This document shows, piece after piece, positions 8,991-18,700 of a DNA stretch of 64,000 nucleotides; within the stretch, counting starts at the first letter, position 1, and the number at the start of each line of letters is the position of its first letter. Origin of the DNA: Ruegeria sp. (GTDB lineage: Bacteria; Pseudomonadota; Alphaproteobacteria; Rhodobacterales; Rhodobacteraceae); assembly GCF_028066395.1 (NCBI RefSeq), contig NZ_JALCBM010000003.1, positions 9,703-73,702 of the forward strand. The letters are read 5' to 3'. Below the pieces are notes generated by a model that worked only from the letters and a program-made list of their open reading frames with translations, did not search any database and was not told the DNA's origin. Made by a program: the position numbers and the translations under genes.

Positions 8991-9818
8991 ATGATGCCCG
9001 AGACGATGTTGCTGGCCCAGATGCTGGGCCTTTTGCTTGTGATCGGTGCCCTGGCCGGGGTTCTGGCCGGGCTATTGGGTGTCGGAGGGGGGATCGTTCT
9101 GGTGCCCGCCTTCTTTTATGCCTTTCATACGCTGGGATATGGCGGGCCGCAGTTGATGCAGCTGTGCCTTGCGACCTCGCTGGCGACGATCATGGTAACC
9201 TCGACCCGTTCGGTGCTGAGCCATAACAAGAAAGGCGCGGTGGATTGGGCGATCCTGCGGGGTTGGGGGCCGGGCATTGCGGTGGGTGCGCTGATCGGCG
9301 TGCTGGTCGCCTCGGCCTTGCGAACCGAGTTTTTGCAGGCGCTGTTCGGCATTCTGGGCATGGTGATCGGCGCGTATCTGGGTTTTGGCCGGTCCGAATG
9401 GCGGCTGGGAGAGATGATGCCCAAGGGCGTGAAACGCGCGGCAATGTCCCCGTTTGTGGGATTCCTGTCGGTGCTGATGGGGATCGGTGGCGGCAGCTTT
9501 GGTGTGCCGCTGATGAGCCTTTACAACACGCCCATCCACCGGGCCGTGGCGACGGCGGCCGGGTTTGGTGTGATCATCGCCGTGCCCTCGGTTCTGGGTT
9601 TTCTGTTCCTTGATATCGCGCCCGAACATCGCCCGCCGCTGACCATCGGTGCAGTCAATCTGGTGGCTTTTGGCATCGTCATCACGATGACCATGATCAC
9701 CGCGCCCTGGGGGGTGAGGCTGGCCCATGCGATGGACCCGAAACCGCTGCGCCGGGTGTTTGCGCTGTTCCTGACGCTGGTGGCGCTGAATATGCTGCGA
9801 AAGGCTTTGGGATGGTAG
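8991..9818 (+). CDS. TauE/SafE (TSUP) family sulfite exporter-like membrane protein
   Basis: GLLGVGGGIVLVP, ATSLA and GIGGGSFGVP repeats; ATG after GGGGGA. Confidence 0.9.
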   Translation: MMPETMLLAQMLGLLLVIGALAGVLAGLLGVGGGIVLVPAFFYAFHTLGYGGPQLMQLCLATSLATIMVTSTRSVLSHNKKGAVDWAILRGWGPGIAVGALIGVLVASALRTEFLQALFGILGMVIGAYLGFGRSEWRLGEMMPKGVKRAAMSPFVGFLSVLMGIGGGSFGVPLMSLYNTPIHRAVATAAGFGVIIAVPSVLGFLFLDIAPEHRPPLTIGAVNLVAFGIVITMTMITAPWGVRLAHAMDPKPLRRVFALFLTLVALNMLRKALGW

Positions 9819-10597
9819 CGGCGTTCTTCGACAAGGGTTGGGTGCGTTTCCCGCATGATCCTGCGCTGGCCGAATGGGTCGCGCAGGCACTGCCTGCCGC
9901 GCGCGCCTCGGTCACCGATCCGGCCCATGCCCAGTGGCACGATTGCGAAGGCACATGGTTCATCGGCGTCGATGCTTTGGACAATGATGCGCAGGGCAGG
10001 GTGGCCGGTTCGGACCCGCTGCCGGGTGAGGCGATTGGTTTTGCCACCGCGCAATATGGATGGGTCGATTTGCACAAAGGTCAGGTCTCGGTCATCTATC
10101 CCGGTTATCCGCGTCCCCGGCGCGGCGAATCCGAGGCGGCAGAGCGCTATCGACGCAACCGGGACGCGGCCCATGTGGATGGGCTGAGGCCGTCGGGCAC
10201 TGACCGTCGCCGCCATGTGGATGAACCGCACGCCTGGATTCTGGGCATCCCCCTGACCGAGGCCAGCGCCGGTGCTGCCCCCATGGTTCTTTGGGAGGGC
10301 AGCCATAAGATCATGGGCGCGGCCTTCCGCAAAGCGCTGGCAGATGTGCCGCCACAGGATCAGGGGCAAACGGATGTCACCGATATCTATCAGGCCGCCC
10401 GGCGTGAGGTGTTCGACACCTGCCCCCGCATCGAACTGCCCGCCCGCCCGGGCGAGGCTTATCTGCTGCATCGTCATTGCCTGCACGGTGTTGCGCCCTG
10501 GGCTGACGGTGCCTCGGCCGGGCCCGACGGACGGATGATCGCCTATTTCCGGCCCGAGTGTCCGGGCGGTGTAGCCGAATGGATCGAATCCCCGTAA
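9812..10597 (+). CDS. Hypothetical protein, probable Fe(II)/2OG (PhyH-like) dioxygenase fold
   Basis: AAHVDG (HxD), GSH, PGEAYLLH..LHGV and R..AYFR pattern; overlaps the TauE stop. Confidence 0.65.
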   Translation: MVAAFFDKGWVRFPHDPALAEWVAQALPAARASVTDPAHAQWHDCEGTWFIGVDALDNDAQGRVAGSDPLPGEAIGFATAQYGWVDLHKGQVSVIYPGYPRPRRGESEAAERYRRNRDAAHVDGLRPSGTDRRRHVDEPHAWILGIPLTEASAGAAPMVLWEGSHKIMGAAFRKALADVPPQDQGQTDVTDIYQAARREVFDTCPRIELPARPGEAYLLHRHCLHGVAPWADGASAGPDGRMIAYFRPECPGGVAEWIESP

Positions 10598-10633
10598 CCT
10601 CCTGTCATTCTTATGGCTTTGGAGTATTTTACG

Positions 10634-11362
10634 ATGATTACGGTCCACACGAATTCCGACGGTGCGCTGATCGAGGTCGAATTGTCCGGCGAGGTGACCA
10701 GCGCGGATTACGCTGCGACTCTGGTCCCCGCGATTGAGGATGCGCTGAAGGAACATGATGCGGTGCGGCTGCTGGCGATCGTGATGCCGGAATTCAAGGG
10801 CTATGATCTGGGGGCGGCCTGGTCGGATACCAAGCTGGGGCTCAGCCATTGGCGCGGGTTCGACCGGATCGGGGTGGTGGCCGATCAGGGGTGGGTTCAG
10901 ACCAGCATCCGGCTGGCGGCGCCGATTCTGCCCTGTCCGGTGCAGGTCTTCGGGATGAATGATGTGGAAGAGGCCCGGCGTTGGATTCGCGAATCGCTGG
11001 GTGCGATTCACGTGACTGATCTGGGCGGGCCCTGTGTGCAGATCAGCCTGATGGGCAAGCTCGATTCCGAGGAATATGCGCAGGCGCAATCCGATCTTGA
11101 TGCGCTGCTGCGTGAGCGTGACGGGTTTCGTCTGCTAATTGATCTGCGGGAATTCGATGGCTGGCAAGGGCTTACGGCAATGGCCGCGCATTTCCGGCTG
11201 GCGGCGGGCCATATCGGCATGCTGGATCGTGCCGCGATTGTCGGGGACAAGAACTGGCAGAAGATGGCGCAACGCATGGCCAGCCATGTCCTTGGTACAC
11301 GAACGCAGTATTTCCCGGCGGAAGAGTTCGAAAACGCCAAGTCATGGCTTGCGGCGGGCTGA
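10634..11362 (+). CDS. Tandem SpoIIAA-like (STAS/SEC14) domain protein
   Basis: Two similar halves (RLL...F.G...DRIGVVAD..W and RLL...FDGW...DRAAIVGD..W); GGAG before ATG 10634. Confidence 0.82.
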   Translation: MITVHTNSDGALIEVELSGEVTSADYAATLVPAIEDALKEHDAVRLLAIVMPEFKGYDLGAAWSDTKLGLSHWRGFDRIGVVADQGWVQTSIRLAAPILPCPVQVFGMNDVEEARRWIRESLGAIHVTDLGGPCVQISLMGKLDSEEYAQAQSDLDALLRERDGFRLLIDLREFDGWQGLTAMAAHFRLAAGHIGMLDRAAIVGDKNWQKMAQRMASHVLGTRTQYFPAEEFENAKSWLAAG

Positions 11363-11585
11363 CCCCAAGGGAATGTTGTTTTTCAACAGGTTGGGGTAAC
11401 AAATTTCATTCGAAATTTGTTTGGCTCTTGGCCTGAAGGGGCATGTGCGGTTGAGCTGTTGGAAAGTTGACGTGAGGGAATGCATCCTAACAGGGGATTT
11501 CGTCTTGAAGATTTGATCAAAAGACGACAAAAGCGCGGTCGCTCGCTGCATGGAATTTTATGCGTCAGGCGGGCGTTGTGAACGT

Positions 11586-11674
11586 ACCGTGTCGCTGTGG
11601 GTTGCCACTCAACTACCAAGTGTTCCGGATTTCCCCCCCTCAAAACTTCGGAACTGACCCACAGCGACAGCGGT
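11586..11674 (+). ncRNA. Candidate structured small RNA with C-rich apical loop
   Basis: Perfect 13-bp stem 11590-11602/11657-11669, inner stem 11622-11629/11647-11654 and a loop containing C7; G-U pairs favour the + strand. Confidence 0.45.
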
Positions 11675-11696
11675 CTCAAAGATTTTTGGCTGCTGA

Positions 11697-11900
11697 ATGA
11701 ATTATCTCTCTATGTGGAAGCGCGTTTTCCGAAAAAAGACGCTGGTTGTTTCGATACCAGCGGAGCTGAAACCCGTGCGAAAAGGACTGGCGCAACCAAC
11801 CAGCCAGGAAGAGCTTGTTGAGCTGTTTGCGATCGATCTGCGCGCGCATGAGGAATTGCGGGCCGAGACGGCGCGAAAAACGGATGATCCGGTGCGTTGA
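11697..11900 (+). CDS. Hypothetical 67-aa protein
   Basis: Fills an otherwise empty gap and has plausible composition, but has no clear RBS. Confidence 0.4.
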   Translation: MNYLSMWKRVFRKKTLVVSIPAELKPVRKGLAQPTSQEELVELFAIDLRAHEELRAETARKTDDPVR

Positions 11901-11912
11901 TCGAACCGGGGT

Positions 11913-12146
11913 TCAGGACCCGTTCAGGCGTCCTGCGCGACCGCCACGGCGTTTGGCCAGGCGGGGTTTTCGGTCCGGCAGGTCCTGCATGATTTCAGCC
12001 CGTTCCGAGCTGTCCATTTTGGACCAGCGCGCAATCTCGTCAATGGTGCGATAGCAGCCGGTGCAGATCCGTTCGGTCGGGTGAACGACACAGATCTGGA
12101 CGCAAGGGCTTTCGACCTCGTTCCGTTTCCAAACCATATTTGTCAT
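11913..12146 (-). CDS. DUF1289-family small Cys protein
   Basis: ESPCVQICVVHP...CTGCYRTIDEIARW motif. Confidence 0.9.
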   Translation of the reverse strand: MTNMVWKRNEVESPCVQICVVHPTERICTGCYRTIDEIARWSKMDSSERAEIMQDLPDRKPRLAKRRGGRAGRLNGS

Positions 12147-12163
12147 CCGCGTGTTCCGATCCG

Positions 12164-12628
12164 TTACAAAAAGCGCAACCTGTCCAGCGCTCCTTGCAGG
12201 ATATAGCCTGCCGCGACATGATCGATAACCTGTCCGCGACGTTTTCGTGTCGTATCCGCCTCGAGCAGTGCCTTTTCTGCCGCAACGGTGCTGAGCCGTT
12301 CGTCCCAGAACCCGATAGGCAAATCGGTCAAACGCGACAGATTCCGGGCAAAAGCGCGGGTGGATTGGCAGCGCGGGCCTTCGGTTCCGTCCATATTTTT
12401 GGGCAGGCCCAGAAGGATGCCGCCGATCTCACGATCCGTCACAATCTCGATCAGGCGGGCGGAATCGAGGGTGAATTTCTTGCGCCGCACCGTTTCCAGC
12501 GGGCTGGCCACGCCGCGCATCCGATCCGAGACCGCAACGCCGATGGTCTTTTCCCCCAAATCCAGACCCATCAGCGCGGTCATCGGGGGCAGGGCGGTGG
12601 CGAACTCTTCGAATACGTCGTGGATCAT
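12164..12628 (-). CDS. ruvX: Pre-16S rRNA nuclease YqgF / putative Holliday junction resolvase
   Basis: GLDLGEKTIGVAVSD, GLP.NMDG, WDERLST and IDHVAA..ILQ motifs. Confidence 0.95.
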   Translation of the reverse strand: MIHDVFEEFATALPPMTALMGLDLGEKTIGVAVSDRMRGVASPLETVRRKKFTLDSARLIEIVTDREIGGILLGLPKNMDGTEGPRCQSTRAFARNLSRLTDLPIGFWDERLSTVAAEKALLEADTTRKRRGQVIDHVAAGYILQGALDRLRFL

Positions 12629-13845
12629 TGCGCGATACCGGCCTGAAGCGCTGCGGCGTCGATGATTTGCAGGGCGGCGGTATTGTCGGCGAAAACTGTC
12701 ATCGCCTCATCCCGGATGGCAATGGCGCGTTCGGCCTGTCCCAGCACGCCCAGGGCTGCGATCAGGCGGGCCCATTCCTCAGGCGCGCCGCCTTCGGTGG
12801 CCAGACGGTCCGACAGTTGGTCCACCATGCCCTGGATCATCTCCTGCCGTTCCTCGGGCGTGAGGTCGGCGGCGGCCTGCATATCCTCGTCGGACGGGCC
12901 GGGGGCGGTGCTTAGGCTTGGGGCATTGAAGACGCCTGCACGGAAAGCCAGATCGTCGATCTGCCCCCGGATCGCCTGCACCCAGGGCGCCCCGGGCGGG
13001 GAATCGCGCAGGGTGTCCGCCCACATCCGATAGGCCAGATCAGGCCGCCCGATCTGCGCCAGCATCTGACCCCAGTAATACCGCGCCGGACCCAGGCTCG
13101 GGTCCTGTTCCAGCGCCTGCCGCAGCGCCGCCTCGGCCTCGGGTGAGATATAGCCGCCCGCCGCAAGGATCATCATCTCACCCAGATCCGCATAGGCGGC
13201 GGCCGGCGCCGCATCACCGGACAGGTCAATCACGCGCTGCTGCGCCGTGTATCCGGCCTTGAAATTCCCCGCATTGGTTTCGTGCTGCGCCAACAAGCTG
13301 TGCCCCTGCAGATCGTCGGGGCGTTCGGCCACCGTATCGCGCAACTGTGTCAGCAGGGCGGCATAGTTGTCTTCCAGTTCCGGCGTCTGAACCGGGGGGG
13401 CAAGCGCCTCGGCCTCGGCCTGGCTGGGGCGGCTTTCCCGCAGCTCTTCGGCCAGTTCCAGACGTGCCGAGAGCGGCATGTCGGGAAACCCGGCGGCCCC
13501 CATCTGGCGATACATCCACAGCGCCCCACCGATCAGCAGCACGGCCATTCCCAGCAGCGCAATCCCGGTGACCACGCGTGACGGACCAGCGGCTGCAGCC
13601 TCACCACGCATCTGGGCGTCAGCCGCCAGAATACGGCGCGAGATTTCGGTGCGCACCCGTTCCGCATCGCCTTCGCCAATCACCCCGCGCGCCAGATCGC
13701 GATCGACGCTGGCCAGTTGCTCGCGATAGACCTCAAGGTCATAGGCGGCTGCCGGCTGACCGCCTCGACGGCCGCGCAGCATGGAAAATCCCAGAAACCC
13801 TGTGATCAGCAAAGCGATCAGAAAGATGAGAACCGAGAACGTCAT
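12625..13845 (-). CDS. ccmI: c-type cytochrome biogenesis protein CcmI/CycH
   Basis: TM segment, VYREQL..VDRDLARG..EISRRIL, second TM and TPR region; ATG 13845 after GGAGGG. The track start is over-extended. Confidence 0.92.
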   Translation of the reverse strand: MTFSVLIFLIALLITGFLGFSMLRGRRGGQPAAAYDLEVYREQLASVDRDLARGVIGEGDAERVRTEISRRILAADAQMRGEAAAAGPSRVVTGIALLGMAVLLIGGALWMYRQMGAAGFPDMPLSARLELAEELRESRPSQAEAEALAPPVQTPELEDNYAALLTQLRDTVAERPDDLQGHSLLAQHETNAGNFKAGYTAQQRVIDLSGDAAPAAAYADLGEMMILAAGGYISPEAEAALRQALEQDPSLGPARYYWGQMLAQIGRPDLAYRMWADTLRDSPPGAPWVQAIRGQIDDLAFRAGVFNAPSLSTAPGPSDEDMQAAADLTPEERQEMIQGMVDQLSDRLATEGGAPEEWARLIAALGVLGQAERAIAIRDEAMTVFADNTAALQIIDAAALQAGIAQ

Positions 13846-14024
13846 GGTCCCTCCGCAATGGTTGCCTTGACTTAGACCTGTCGGGGCAATGAAAAAAGGG
13901 ACAAATGGCCGCGAGGGGCGCACATGTCGCAATAGCGCATTATTGCGGCGTTGTGTGGCACAGGTAAACTGTCGCCACGCGGCATATCTGCGGCCAATCA
14001 CCCGAAGACCGGACGGATTCGCAC

Positions 14025-15269
14025 ATGAGACATTATTCAGCTTTTGCCGTGGCGCGTGAGGCGCTGCGCTATCACACCGGATGGGAGCGCGCCTGGCGGT
14101 CGCCCGAGCCGAAAAAGCGTTATGACGCGGTGATCGTCGGCGCCGGGGGGCACGGTCTGGCAACGGCTTATTATCTGGGCAAGAATTACGGCATCCAGAA
14201 TGTTGCCGTGATTGAAAAGGGCTGGCTGGGCGGTGGCAATACCGGGCGGAACACGACAATCATCCGGTCGAACTATCTGCAGGACCCGTCCGCCGCGATC
14301 TACGAAAAGGCGCGCAGCCTGTACGAGGATCTGAGTCAGGATCTGAACTACAACATCATGTTCAGCCCGCGCGGCGTGATGATGCTGGCCCAGACCCAAC
14401 ACGAGATTCGCGGCTATCAGCGCACGGCGCATGCGAACGCCTTGCAAGGGGTGAAGACCGAGTGGATCACGCCCGAACGTGTCAAGGAACTGGTGCCGAT
14501 CATCAATCTTGACGGCCCGCGTTATCCGGTTCTGGGCGCGCTGTGGCAGGAACGCGGCGGCACCGCGCGCCACGATGCGGTGGCCTGGGGCTATGCCCGG
14601 GCCTGTTCGGCCATGGGGATGGATATCATCCAGCAATGTGAGGTCACCGGCGTCCGGTCGGAAAATGGCCGGGTTGTGGGGGTCGAAACCTCCAAAGGTG
14701 CCATCGAATGCGACAAGCTGGGTATTGTGGTCGCGGGCCATTCCGGTCAGTTGGCCGAGATGGCGGGCTTCCGTCTGCCGCTTGAGGCGATTGCGCTGCA
14801 GGCGCTGGTCTCCGAGCCGATCAAGCCCTGCATGGACGTGGTGGTGATGGCCAACACCGTGCACGGCTACATGTCGCAATCCGACAAGGGTGAGATGGTG
14901 ATCGGCGGCGGCACCGACGGGTTCAACAACTTCACCCAGCGCGGGTCCTTCCATCATATCGAGGAAACCGTCCGCGCGCTGGTCGAAACCTTCCCGATGA
15001 TTTCGCGCCTGAAAATGCTGCGCCAGTGGGGTGGGATCGTGGACATGACCGGCGACCGGTCTCCGATCCTGTCGAAAACGCCTTTGGGCGGATGCTTCAT
15101 CAACTGCGGCTGGGGCACAGGCGGCTTCAAGGCCATTCCGGGCTCAGGCTGGGGGATGGCGCAACTGATGGCCACGGGCCATTCACCGCTGACCGAGGCG
15201 TTCTCGCTGGACCGTTTCAAAGAGGGCCGCTTCATCGACGAAAGCGTCGCCGCCGGGGTTGCGCACTAA
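14025..15269 (+). CDS. soxB: Sarcosine oxidase subunit beta
   Basis: GAGGHGLATAYYL, GGGNTGRNTTIIRSNY and NCGWGTGGFKA motifs. Confidence 0.96.
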   Translation: MRHYSAFAVAREALRYHTGWERAWRSPEPKKRYDAVIVGAGGHGLATAYYLGKNYGIQNVAVIEKGWLGGGNTGRNTTIIRSNYLQDPSAAIYEKARSLYEDLSQDLNYNIMFSPRGVMMLAQTQHEIRGYQRTAHANALQGVKTEWITPERVKELVPIINLDGPRYPVLGALWQERGGTARHDAVAWGYARACSAMGMDIIQQCEVTGVRSENGRVVGVETSKGAIECDKLGIVVAGHSGQLAEMAGFRLPLEAIALQALVSEPIKPCMDVVVMANTVHGYMSQSDKGEMVIGGGTDGFNNFTQRGSFHHIEETVRALVETFPMISRLKMLRQWGGIVDMTGDRSPILSKTPLGGCFINCGWGTGGFKAIPGSGWGMAQLMATGHSPLTEAFSLDRFKEGRFIDESVAAGVAH

Positions 15270-15271
15270 TG

Positions 15272-15320
15272 GAGATTTTTCGTCGAAAAATCTCAGCCAG
15301 AGTTTTCGTCGAAAACTCTG
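15272..15320. repeat. Two adjacent 23-bp palindromes with TTTTCGTCGAAAA core
   Basis: GAGATTTTTCG-T-CGAAAAATCTC (15272-15294) and CAGAGTTTTCG-T-CGAAAACTCTG (15298-15320). Confidence 0.85.
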
Positions 15321-15384
15321 TGCCCCTGAAGAACCAAATTTCGGCTGACCTCAACCATCAGCCAGCCGCCAAAAGGATGACCTC

Positions 15385-15714
15385 ATGCTGATCCTGAATT
15401 GCCCCTATTGCGGCGTGGACGCCGAAGAAACCGAACTGGCCGCCGGTGGCGAAGCGCATCTGAAACGCTTCGGTCCGGGCTCGTCGGATGACGAATTCCA
15501 CGACTATCTGTTCATGCGCGAAAACCCCAAGGGCGTGCATTTCGAACGCTGGCGCCACGCCAATGGCTGCGGCAAGTGGTTCCACGCCGCGCGCTGCACC
15601 CAGACGCTCGAAGTGTTCGGCACCTATTCGGCCCAGACCACCGAGCCGCCGCAAGAGATCAAGGATGCCATTACCGCCAAGCGCCCGGGATGGGTGTGGA
15701 GAGACTTCTCCTGA
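15385..15714 (+). CDS. soxD: Sarcosine oxidase subunit delta
   Basis: CPYCG..E.E, ENPKG.H.ERW.H..GCGKWF zinc-site motifs. Confidence 0.95.
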   Translation: MLILNCPYCGVDAEETELAAGGEAHLKRFGPGSSDDEFHDYLFMRENPKGVHFERWRHANGCGKWFHAARCTQTLEVFGTYSAQTTEPPQEIKDAITAKRPGWVWRDFS

Positions 15715-15716
15715 TG

Positions 15717-15749
15717 CTTCATCTTTTCAAAAATACTCCCGCCGGAGGC
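15717..15749 (+). repeat. Dispersed intergenic repeat, copy 1 (short)
   Basis: CTTCATCTTTTCAAAAATACTCCCGCCGGAGGC shares the CTTC(A/T)TCT-N3-CA(A/T)AAATA head with the copies at 46429 and 50080. Confidence 0.65.
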
Positions 15750-15781
15750 CCAGACGCCTCCACCCGCGAAAGGTCCGCACC

Positions 15782-18700
15782 ATGAGCACCCGCCTCGCAA
15801 AACAAGGCCGTCTGATCGACCGGTCGAAACAGGTTACCTTTACCTTCAACGGCACCTCGATGCAGGGGTACGAGGGCGACACGCTTGCTTCGGCCCTGCT
15901 GGCCAATGACCAGATGATGATGGGTCGGTCGTTCAAGTATCACCGCCCACGCGGCGTGGTCGCCAGCGGTGCCGAGGAACCGAACGCCCTGGTCGGTCTG
16001 GGGCAGGGCAGCCGGTTCGAGCCGAACCAGCGCGCCACCACGACCGAGTTGTTCAACGGCCTGACCGCAATCTCGCAGAACCACTGGCCGAATCTGGAGT
16101 TCGACATCGGTGCTGTGAACACGGCGCTGGCGCGGTTCCTGCCTGCTGGGTTCTATTACAAGACGTTCATCCATCCGAAACCGTTCTGGAAACACGTCTA
16201 CGAGCCGTTCATCCGTCAGTCCGCCGGTCTGGGCAAAGCCCCGGATAAGGAAACCAAGGATGCCGACACCTATGAACATTTCTACGCGTTCGCCGATGTT
16301 CTGGTGATCGGCGGCGGTGTTGCGGGGCTGCAGGCGGCCAAGGCCGCAGCGGCATCCGGTGCCAAGGTCATGCTGATCGAACAGACCGCCCATTGGGGGG
16401 GACGCGCTCCGGTCGATGGCGGCACCATTAACGATGAGCCTGTGGATAAGTTCGTGGAACAATTGGTTTCTGAACTCGAAACAATGGATAACGTCACCCT
16501 ACGCACCCGTTGCATGGGCGCGGGTGTCTATGACCACGGTTATGTGCTGGGATACGAGCGTCTGACTGACCACAAACCGGGCACTCAAGGCCCACGCCAC
16601 CGCCTGTGGCGCATTCGCGCGAAACAGGTCGTCACCGCCACCGGTGCCATCGAACGTCCGCTGTCCTTCGCGGGCAATGATGTGCCGGGCGTGATGCTGG
16701 CCTCAGCCATGCGCGACTATGTGGTCAACTGGGGCGTGACCCCGGGCCAGCGCGTCATCGTCGCCACCAATAATGACGACGCCTATCGCACCGCGATCAC
16801 CCTGAAACAGGCCGGAGTGGATGTGCTGCGCGTTGTAGACGCACGAGCTGCCGCCGGGCCGCTGGCCGAAGAGGCACGTCAGCTGGGCATCCGCGTCGAT
16901 CCCGGCAAGGCTATTGCCAAGGTCAAGGGCGGCAAGCGCGTCAAGAAGGTTGCGATCTGCAACCAGGACGGCATCGGCGGCGCCCGCGAAGAGGTTGAGG
17001 CCGATGCGGTCGCCATGTCAGGCGGCTGGTCTCCGGTTGTGCATATGTGGTCCCATTGCGGTGGCAAGCTGATCTGGGATGAGGCACAGGCCCATTTTCG
17101 CCCCGACCCGTCGCGCCCGCCTCTGGGGGCCGATGGCGAAGGCTTTGTTCTGGCTGCCGGGTCCTCGAACGGGCCGCTGGCGCTGGGCGAGGTGCTGAGC
17201 GATGCGCATGCCGCAGGCAAGGCCGCAGCCAAGGCTGCCGGGTTCAAGCCGAAGAACATCAAGGCTCCGACAGGCGAGGCCACGACCGAGGCCGCAATGG
17301 AACCTGTCTGGCTGATGCCCGCCAACGCTGATATCCAGCTGCGCATGAAATCCTGGCTGGATTTCCAGAACGACGTCAAAGTATCCGACGTTCAACTGGC
17401 CGCGCGCGAAGGCTATGAAAGCGTTGAACATACCAAGCGCTACACCACGCTGGGTATGGCGACTGATCAGGGTAAACTGAGCAACATCAATGGCTTGGCG
17501 ATCCTTGCTGATGCATTGGACGCTGAAATCCCCAAGGTCGGCACCACCACGTTCCGTCCGCCCTATACCCCCATCTCGATGGGTGCGATTGGCGGCGAAG
17601 CGCGCGGGGATACCTTCCAGCCGATCCGCCAGACACCCATGCACAACTGGCACGACAAGAACGGCGCCGATTGGGAGCCGGTCGGCCACTGGCGTCGGAC
17701 ATACGCCTATGTGCGCCCCGGCGAATCGGTGCATGATGCGGTCAATCGCGAGGTGAAGAACACCCGCGAAAACCTCGGCCTGCTGGATGCCTCGACGCTG
17801 GGCAAGCTGATCGTCAAGGGCCCGGATGCGGGCAAATTCCTCGACATGATGTACACCAACATGATGTCCACGCTGAAGGTTCGCAAATGCCGCTATGGCC
17901 TGATGTGTTCCGAGAATGGCTTCCTGATCGACGACGGTGTTGTTGCGCGGATCGACGAGGACACATGGCTGTGCCACACCACCACCGGCGGGGCCGAGCG
18001 TATCCATGGCCACATGGAAGAGTGGCTGCAAACCGAATGGTGGGACTGGAAAGTCTACGTCGCCAACGTGACCGAGCAATACGCGCAGGTCGCCGTGGTC
18101 GGCCCCAACGCCCGCAAGGTTCTCGAAAAGCTGGGTGGCATGGATGTCAGCCGCGAAGCGCTGCCCTTCATGGAATGGCGCGACGGCAAGATAGGTGACT
18201 TTGACTGCCGCGCCTATCGTATCTCGTTCTCGGGTGAATTGTCCTACGAGATCGCTGTGCCCGCGTCGCAGGGTCAGGCGTTCTGGGATGCCCTGATGGA
18301 GGCAGGCAAAGAGTTCGGCGTGATGCCCTACGGTACCGAATGTCTGCACATCCTGCGGGCCGAGAAGGGCTTTATCATGATTGGGGATGAGACCGACGGT
18401 ACGGTCATTCCGCAGGATCTTGGGTTGCACTGGGCACTGTCCAAGAAGAAAGAGGACTACCTTGGTAAACGCGCGCAGGAACGCAGCCATATGGCCGATC
18501 CTGAACGCTGGAAACTGGTGGGTCTTGAGACTGTGGATGGTTCGGTTCTGCCCGACGGTGCCTATGCGGTGGGCGAGGGGATCAATGCCAACGGTCAGCG
18601 CAACATGATCGGGCGGGTGACCTCGACCTATTACTCGGCCAATCTGGGCAAGGGCATCGCCATGGGGCTGATCAAACATGGCCCCGACCGGATGGGCGAG

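Noticed and set aside
15272-15320. Mini-CRISPR interpretation of the tandem palindromes (also 6463-6504)
   Set aside because: Only two units, spacers of 3-10 bp, non-identical repeats and no cas genes.
15488-15781. N-terminal extension of soxA (possible soxD-soxA frameshift fusion)
   Set aside because: It overlaps soxD in another frame and runs through a repeat element; the canonical SoxA start at 15782 has an AAGG RBS.
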